64,000 bases of DNA from Candidatus Aenigmatarchaeota archaeon (lineage in GTDB: Archaea > Aenigmatarchaeota > Aenigmatarchaeia > QMZP01 > QMZT01). The translations under genes and the position numbers were made by a program. The stretch is taken from NCBI GenBank assembly GCA_963726265.1, contig CAVSBQ010000002.1, forward strand, positions 704,001 to 768,000, read 5' to 3'. Positions 63,901-64,000 of the stretch are shown in pieces (the stretch's first letter is position 1; each line of letters begins with the position of its first letter). A model generated the notes under the pieces. That model searched no databases. It was given only the letters and a program-made list of their open reading frames with translations, and was not told where the DNA came from.

Positions 63901-64000
63901 AAACGATTCCAACGTTTACTGGTTCAACGAAAGCATGAGCCTGCTTGCGACGGGCCACAACGCGACGTGGCTGGTGCCCTACAACTACCCGCTCGGCTCC
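32771..64000 (+). CDS. Giant repetitive surface protein (>10,000 codons, 3' end beyond the window), reconstructed across about ten frameshifts
   Basis: Contiguous same-strand ORFs whose repeat modules continue seamlessly across the frame changes. Confidence 0.75.
34378..46350 (+). CDS. Giant protein segment (3990 aa): macroglobulin-like Ig domains, beta-propeller-like W-NG-x-W repeats, start of the ~1 kb module array
   Basis: ORF track translation; SIYHPGE.AEI..VVLD motif, repeated WNGT.W, recurring GWG...FNFSVNVTD modules. Confidence 0.9.
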   Translation: MTQDPVHEVEFADSDGDGQADAVSWKVPQLSEQTYVVKENENKITEVYVEAQNGQRADITPEIIEKADGLYGIKLGAKKNFRAGAYKLVIVSGDKKEEIWFNWGLISINTRRSIYHPGETAEIIMVVLDKYGYLVKEADVTLEITSPSGDKTTLTTAAGEIIENGPGVYTAAYDVKEEGEYALFAKRNDMANVEIASYFDAAAFYEFDIIRNTPVTIDPTSGPFESNITVKAYVPALMFTFKEYLPREFEVFDTDAIVTDEGEYKVLTWKNVTDGSTVSYEFNVPPIWPYLYAMGPAKVIYSGLFGEMEFTEARPWMLAIDPTYASYYPSGYSLVGDTDYISGTITNLNANDGSYMTFRPYYTFDETTNTREAMITYRSNTLGDNDQLHYKLWNGSIQSWGSEQQMNDVGGTITGSKVVYCPRSSRYYEKIAVAYDAQANPGSLDAFVWNGTGWTDYDNIFTNMSLNQDDAVAWDIAYESLSGDAMFIYGRNFTTSYLPRSQIGYKTWNGSAWSSEMKFNLSTDLNAFSWIDMVPDPNSDYIAVVMFQNSVWDRYALIWNGTNFISNTTLTTTGGAQNESAQAIAWEETTGDAMFVWGINTASIINYTKYSKTTGWGEMLTATKTEWGSDLNFIKMKTRPGTDYMMLAGVSDNYDLDTMYWDGTSWDTTHLEHDSGVGDNSDSSYNFDFAWHPDGSNYGVLVWSSNVTNSLNYSVWDTGAWMPSNASYSGVSRAMQFIKNPRYTEGDVLMLGWAVNITSYTGREMRYDGDLQFTANGTVFSNNTNSSEFDRHFLAFSNFGDPNSAQAVVEFVGTGENKPWDAVNVSVDARSTIAGNVTIQVFNFLTGAYPSSGNGYTTQAISSGTDTMVNRYISTNANDYKNDTYNWKVKVTFTNTTYYDPFNFSIDYIVFNATIPDLYPTNVTVHNNVTAVYSTLFGTGDPLDIRVNITNSKPATPLTGNLTINITNSTGYSFNVSRKEVTWAAAGSTLTNMTNISTAGWNTGSYNVNVSISWYDGAPYSTSVMYYELFNLTNLTARIYPSPGLCLGEIDNFNVTIVSNWTSTITFNISRVTPSNFTVSPVSKLMNASFEASNTTNFTVTVPATAGRYTIYFNVSYRDPNNYNKSFIISKDVYVPSPRITVYRETPPKIANATNFNSSFVIHNLECGPAQDVYFVEHIPSGWSVISAPGNYSINTRSDGITDITWYVPYLGVNEFQMVNYTTLSPSSITTATFGKWNTSYHDIDGIEYNSSEASTYVVTSDTYDYAHFYFTLTMNETNETRVLPTNVSQWFIVTGTNVGRATAATGEWNFTVKIPTGCNVTNNGTATSWDAGGRTLNWTLNEDVPVGGVKNFTFKLNCTQDANEYDLLPTTYSIQTGELEYTDSVSYTDYGGSTTRSNFYHPFTPAPTDSARITRFVWYLTNVALDAGEYCRFWLFNDSGTGNLTIKDNWVGTGGTQYSQMVDEDPADYNKEQFTTLPNHELHIQIYAQASSATAEYCRMTSIMYRWNWGGYTTEQQGMFFKVRRNTEPKISAWNVTPAQGQWGQPFNFTIKVYDQRNDTINVSLWSRQAGTSTWSMINFTQTTNSISNQSINFTQRFSCADADKQYEYKIRAEDPYYFRKETPVGYYNVTRDNVIFDIISGHGSGAIANRSSERTNLTLRLRIRDENGSYLQGLNTTLYISQLGTLGGTILWDGGQVFQTNAAGNITYNFTAADHCDNESTPYTEEEYEVGPHWWYVKINSNEVCYKQTNSTVEAGEYGYYNFTTIGELINTIVAPTGGTIIQQGRANVSIMTYIYNFCEEAMKINTTHVTFNLSTVGASYLCSSIQRIGENVYTCTWQTLNRTNGMYNFTMKSYEDNYYNDTVTEVNAVEIRTVPMLRAANATYRTESWSRMRNYSVNVTDNLDDTVNVTLWLAVGAIEESYGSRCCGPNCPSNPVNCTNVVLNWTNIELNTSKPCETYADKTVRFYFSAEDTETYTYDTSVAAGDYIGNSDTINMEKANTTIEYVEGNNSFTGGAPVWFKLRVNDTDNGSSVYIRPSSEHPLIYFNVTTDENEKESFVYVNDTRTDSAGYANVTFTPDGRFSLGNMTWRGYVHPGDLCYKYNISNNFTVEIFLNWPPMFANMSVNNKTTDSKGWGGGWNFSVEVKDHGSEGGSLNVTLQLDTKDGWRNIETKNCTSCLLWTNINFTDVRLNCSDLNSSARFRFNVTDNANNENGTGVYGTFGVLPDSVAFEHVRGNNTIANRSGSQSDLLVLRLYDQNNNTYLPAGANATLWVSWNYFAYDDGLAVKTNATGHINRSFDPTCDSESDYEYEARNQIWRAQVNSSDTCYYPNISSTYYLNVMGDLNLTIIKPDGSNNYTWGDNVFVQGQLKDDCGNTLDYANVEFNMSVGSHRYNYSNVPNLGGGFYQGDWNSAGAAEGWYNVTMWANKTYQPNPNYSYYYVNQTTIVPPYTFYLKTIPILKYANVTPRLDGWGAVYNFSVNVTDEAGDNVTVIFERKKYGVDYSQVGSSQSCISCTNYTMHWNETYMCANLSGNPTFYFQFTGTDEIGNERKTQTATGDYVNNDNTYVLDKDDVQILYFAGNESKVNRSGGNFTLSLIINDTDRRAYVSDSEATAYLNISTNSSNPNSQNLTEAVNITDGTGHVNFDFSLKGNCNYQVGKQQWYGYVGSADTCYKTAISPSFNITVFGDLNASIRPDNYTKHQEENVYIYVNITDECGHLLSGLNISVLMVKNSTLNYTCGDIVDYNNGTYRCNWTTTQAMPVYKYGVWIQMNSTGYYNNDTELHNDVVWLQSYINNAPVFSSPSFMREGWGAATNFSVHVDDPDYNNVTVWFWTSDTGSEPWTLRNYTNCTLCANTYVNFSLFHNCSFLGNTYYFKFNGTDMNYSGQYDLSGTSSSQTYDVEKDNVSVSFVAGSNNVVNRSGTQFTNETMITRVYDTDNKTYVGSGVYGKLWIRYNVSAGYDGGLENTTDGSGYLRFNFNPGCGYTVGFHNWTSGTTVNTCYDEENMTTPSNLTIIGELIHTFDNASCGGKDYCLDGENVTIYINISDDCNVSVSDASMNISVSHDVFSANCSSVQALGSGRYNCTLNMTSLPGGYYNVTAASARTYFNANSTKFVNAFFRQVAPSLNNENVDPSSTYWARTVAGGPNFAFHVNVSDDDDTLTLELWEYKNSTSGPWQLANSTVLSDSVGYNATRIRTYYSSDIGIWYWKFNVTDQRGLTYETANHTLEVTKRALNISLLAGNESNVTSVGTNSTELAVSVKDAVDGQNVTLPTYKKFWVTTNGVSWGPAQDISIPGFGYMNRIFEPDCPTYYTGRQLWKAGVAGHTQYYDANSSSYVLYIYSQMYLNVTYPNNVSFVKDSWVLINGTIIDECRNVSAATVKFISVNQYGTDISPPCTANNYTGGIYNCTQDMTGEDFGLNAWYNITMNASLAYYNTTSMTFPHRYRLASYPDLTSPEVDPPGEGWGYNYSFNVTVNDQDSGDVVNVSFWSASASSGPWTFRGSQNWTSDQNDHKFEYRQAFTCSDYTADSNHRLYYKYNVTDTINFTDETSPTNFIELQKDDVWFANVTGSGITINREGTDTGRIGVQVYDDDSYSKNKLGSGIMVSFWLTNDSANYAFNLTNTTNASGYVFYDFEPTCSYAAGSQLWFGGTENSTCYKMTNQSQGSQSLVVRGQFKNNLQTPANGTRFNVTNGITVRFNISTDCSNEGIVSGATTKSVTLIHNQTGATSSCVTVNDEGNGWYNCTWSSTGQPEGNWSINVTTGKNDYNPNTTVWLNRFFLDNRGQAAENQTFAPSQGGWGTTYTYNISIADPEGDTVTCVLWTNTTGSGWINRGSSAVAGSGNCSVQVSNFNYTDVGASQYRFAINDTYNALETANFSGPVINNDSVTVIHSAGNNTNVNRSMDQTTLLGVRVNDTDNGQPTSGIDTTFWVSYTNNSVDYDTGFLNQTSSDGYSYYSFNATCGYTVGVHNWKAGVTDGMIQQD
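46340..48200 (+). CDS. Giant protein segment (two frames, shift near 47685)
   Basis: ORFs 46493..47806 and 47617..48291 carry the same module motifs (GGYYNCTFNT, GGWGE, F.FNATD). Confidence 0.75.
48194..58795 (+). CDS. Giant protein segment (3533 aa) with a 3.1 kb higher-order repeat
   Basis: ORF track translation; three near-identical TNWFWLENKNATE...GPYLEEAN blocks. Confidence 0.9.
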   Translation: MNTTTNSSGHLNYQLGPNCSYSVGLQRWHAVLDNDNCYYDASPSPENFTFTIAGQLKSKIDTPAQGSQYLATSLIPIRFNVTSDCISEEGRISNSSTSLELYSPTAEYQQCTPLYNESGSNAGYYNCTWDSAGDLVGMWGIRINASKTGYNINSTLYTNWINLTNSAPEGSNMDVTPDQGGWGSIFNYSINVSDADNDNVNCTLFVSTDAGLSWTQKGSMVVYGGHDLCWVEVSDFSCLDDMGTDNYFKFTLYDTKVQIETSNMSGPNITVDSVSITHLQGNNQNVNRTAQQITLKVSVNDTTKGQGISSVPAYFNITRDGQNYTYLYEATTASGNATHTFTPGCDFNATLQKWHVFINDTCYANTSSSAFNMTVYGRLNNSILQPTGGEYLRGSNVTIRLNVSDYYCGQLAASVLPTTINISSVSQLTSVTYPCTPIVNDGGGYYNCTFNTSLMNPRGYNINAYTSRTYFNAHNYTITYTAGQPKGFFVDTAPLLTYPKLNTTGYDGDAGENGSWSEPRKFTVNVTDEDGDVYVAVRLWKRDYTVGSGWGSWQQVGSAKSLNTEANNTLVEFNEAGNLTSPYNPDGDLGIWEYKFNVTDNPTMPKTGGTTYSYQINGSNYTVEKDDMEIHYYSGGEGNIVWRNGSDSIILSVQAWSVDQQKYIDSGEADAMVWITKDHSTFENVTAPGYLSNLGNGTINHTFFPNTGDCAYDVGVQYWIIGVENNARFKDTNSSGNENVSIWTFLNGSINSPDGEVYLKDPNINVTFNMSVWDECNEGVTSPDDVSITLTEIEGTQKYAGITSIQDLGGGEYFYNWSTENIETLGMYNMTFAMSKNYYTDLSLFRNPAFQLTSAPQLSFNVDPPLETSGEGGWGEDYDFRIAVMKSDGLPFNVSLWYKHNQSSEWTLLKMVELISEGWSNPSDFYNMQFNCTDITPANDNASYKFNASDQFGYTAELPAINFTIFKDDAAVYYDDAGSNIIINREGSSTGLFRVRINDTDRSLVGVGNNISGVFYVTTDNVNYLTTYLNSTNADSRLVLNFDPNCSHGYGPQKWKGGTFGDTCYKDVNVSERSLTVNGTLKNNIQQPNWTIGQPSFNVTDQILLRLNTTSDCSGEGMISGSSVSLYLKAPNGSVYSCTPVNSETGADAGRYNCTWNSNDKPEGNWTVNMTSTRQYFLPNTTTLTNWFWLENKNATETDLKVTPPQDGWTRLYNYTVLVNDADSDVVNCSLYINKSDGQGWLYKGSNILYNASGIVNRNCSVTVHDFTGDDIGNNSFRFLINDSEPANVHYTSTAYGPYLEEANTTVGHHAGNGSTVNISDYSEDYTTLLSVQANDTDNESFAPNANVTFWMYYNLTAMAPGYVTPTNSTGHANYDFNPDCNYSAGNWEWFAGVTDAYYEDKNTTRFNVTLLEDINVNLISPLGLEDVRGNNITIRFGLYDSCNRNITGVSGINITMSNDITGQIFNCTNIIGEGNGVYNCTFNTSANPGIMPAGSYGIEINSWKQYYNRDNTSLPFIGDSQSFYIETPPSLFSAKVNASQLGGSVGSWSEDWNFSVNVTDEDGDEVTVVLWERKYTSGSGWSSWQPVGSTSCGEGTEICNNNVVSIPVDGYTHYNGQQPTTANDTWSFKFNCTDEAGKPTEGGNQYSYEISGYNYTIERDDINITLYAGYNTTLDRNGTANLTLSVMVYDIDLGRNLTGGEAKGNVWISKNGTNLEYVTQVNVINGLFSYTFQPEDCNYKVGVQHWIIGLINYNNWFKVTNATMANITLYAPLNGTINTPNGETYPGGTYPGEYMIPIWFSVFEMDCPANYVGNLDNKSLKINPSDGDPSYPTILGSSIYDWSNGSYNYSWDSNKVKEWYNITAILGEQYYYPINVTKPNAFALSSAPQLSSPSHSISYPVGGDGGWGETHRFTVYQQDADGNNLTLYLWYRFTPSDTWILLNQTVVQGDPGQATPYFYDYSGFDCSNITPPGDNSQFKWNVTDTANFHDETDVINFTVLKDDVSVDYVSGFDLNINRDGTNSGLFVVQINDTDRNNVGVGEGVPGIFYVTTDGTNFLTTYQNDSTSDSMLSLNFDPNCSHSPGIQKWTGGVWNDTCYKDRNMTGSPREFTVYGQLKNNIQQPNWTSGQPSFNVTNQILFRFNTTSDCLVDGLVNNTGTSIYLHAPNGSNYTCSPMKNETGVNAGYYNCTWDSSDKPEGNWTLNTTSVKTYYYQNQTILTNWFWLENKNATETDLKVTPPQDGWTRLYNYTVLINDADSDTVNCSLYINKSDGQGWLYKGSNFLYNASGIVNRNCSVTVHDFTGDDIGNNSFRFLINDSEPANVHYTSVAYGPYLEEANTSVFHGYGNMSTINISDALANYTGLLSVRVNDTDNVSAAPNVNVTFWVYYNSTTIASGVVNKTNSTGHANYYFNPDCNYSAGNWQWSAGVTDNYYEDKNTTTFNVTLKEYMNINILSPLGSEHIKGSNITIRFLLNDSCGRNITGVSDINITMRSVLTGIVFNCTNPVAEGNGYYNCTFNTSQNPSPMSVRGYDMEIVSAKQYYHRQNNSISYAAGSSGFFIETAPLLEQPKLNTSGYDGNTGENGSWSEERNFTVNVTDEDGDQVTVNLFKSQYNNVSGWGAWELVDTKFFSDTNKTRVTFTEGTSVYNALVHLGVWKYKFNATDEATNPNPLGGNTYSHEISGSNYTVEKDDMSITYVSGSGGSTWRNGTDSRILSVQVTSIDQNRNLSQEEAIAVVWITKNGTNYQNVTSFESQDAYKTMEGGFVNYTLEPDCTYNVGVQYWKIGIVNNPKFKDTNVTGVYNATINAYLNGTIITPDAGVYRRASDVNVPFNLSVFDDCNRGVDGLDSTNITVKTSGDPPKSNLTITAYGNGSYFNNWSTMTIFTLGLYNMTFRATEQYYTSLYLFRENAFRLATAPEVENYAPFIDVDNDYGWGENFNFIMRCRKADSFPFNVSLWFRKNQTADWQLLETNECTSSGTTWNTSVSQEHFSDTYFSCQDITPSLGNASYKFNATDAFGFTAEAPALNFTIIRDDVNVYYDNQGSGITINREGSETGLLRVKVNDSDRGNVGVGENVSGAFFVTLDGSSYGTVHPNTTTSDSKLGIDFEPNCSHGYGTQKWRGGTWNDACYKDKNTSQEYSMTVRGQLKNNIQRPNWTSGQPSFNVTDQILLRLNATSDCPSEGAIASTDVDLYLNAPNGSVYSYTQMNNETSVPGWYNYTWDSSDMPEGNWTLVLNSSRQYFLPNTTTLTNWFWLENKNATEADLKVTPAQDGWTRLYNYTVLVNDADSDVVNCSLYINKSDGQGWIYKGSNILYNSTGIVNRNCSVAVHDFTGDDIGNNSFRFLINDSEPANVHYTSTAYGPYLEEANVTILYIAGNNSYVNISNSNPDNAISLVLRVNDTDNSSYPSGVNATIWVMFNESAWDSGNFSQTANGYINYTFDPNCSYKPGTRPWNGGTTDNYYDDRNYTGNLTIRVIGDLNNTLISPLSSMGASSQYLPRLERDNKGAAEGFVRQQHHGRRLQHNSQDDA
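51746..58310 (+). repeat. Three near-identical ~360 bp nucleotide copies (about 51746-52105, 54854-55213, 57951-58310)
   Basis: ACCAACTGGTTCTGGCTCGAGAACAAGAACGC...GGCCCGTATCT repeated at ~3.1 kb spacing. Confidence 0.9.
58690..61927 (+). CDS. Giant protein segment (several frameshifts near 60220, 60330, 60610-60680, 61910)
   Basis: ORFs 58710..60227, 60329..60643 and 60238..62220 alternate in carrying module motifs. Confidence 0.75.
61928..64000 (+). CDS. Giant protein segment, open to the window end
   Basis: Read manually: GVYECERNTT...DPAGWGEARNFTVNVTD...GYYNCTWDST...EGWGYRFTF. No stop, hence absent from the ORF track. Confidence 0.85.

Larger units (their letters stand above)
38960..64000 (+). 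repeat. Array of about 25 diverged ~1 kb (~340 aa) coding modules
   Basis: (G/S)W(G/S/T) motifs recur near 39001, 40045, 40785, 41800, 42815, 43805, 44785, 45790, 46745, 47745, 48735, 49735, 50810, 51815, 52835, 53910, 54920, 55950, 57000, 58020, 59020, 60065, 61090, 62100 and 63180. Confidence 0.85.

Noticed and set aside
1..64000. CRISPR array, rRNA, integrase or transposase
   Set aside because: No regularly spaced short direct repeats with unique spacers, rRNA-like sequence or recombinase motifs were seen, including next to the tRNA genes.

Overview
Archaeal chromosome segment. It carries rpl15e, pth2, prefoldin alpha, intron-containing tRNAs and class III signal-peptide pilins. The gene content and giant surface proteins suggest a DPANN lineage, possibly Aenigmarchaeota-like; this is an inference. 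Left half: a partial pilin-like vWA gene sits divergent from a three-gene locus encoding an ESCRT-III/Snf7-like coiled-coil protein, a MIT-domain Vps4/CdvC-like AAA+ ATPase, and a protein joining a SNAP-like TPR domain to Ig-like domains and an adaptin/coatomer-appendage-like platform. Next come housekeeping genes (rpl15e, pyrH, cutA, suhB, argS, amrB, pfdA, pth2), a partial Mbh/Mrp-type ion-translocating operon (D-E-F-G-H-I-J-K order), a ~5 kb vWA/Cys-rich surface protein gene, a pilin-like cluster, and tRNA-Trp and tRNA-Arg with introns. Right half: one giant gene (from 32771, over 31 kb, running off the window, more than 10,000 codons) broken by roughly ten frameshifts that look like assembly indels. 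It begins with a cytoplasmic winged-HTH domain fused to a TM helix and contains about 25 tandem ~1 kb modules. It is divergent from a second wHTH gene across a palindrome-rich intergenic region.
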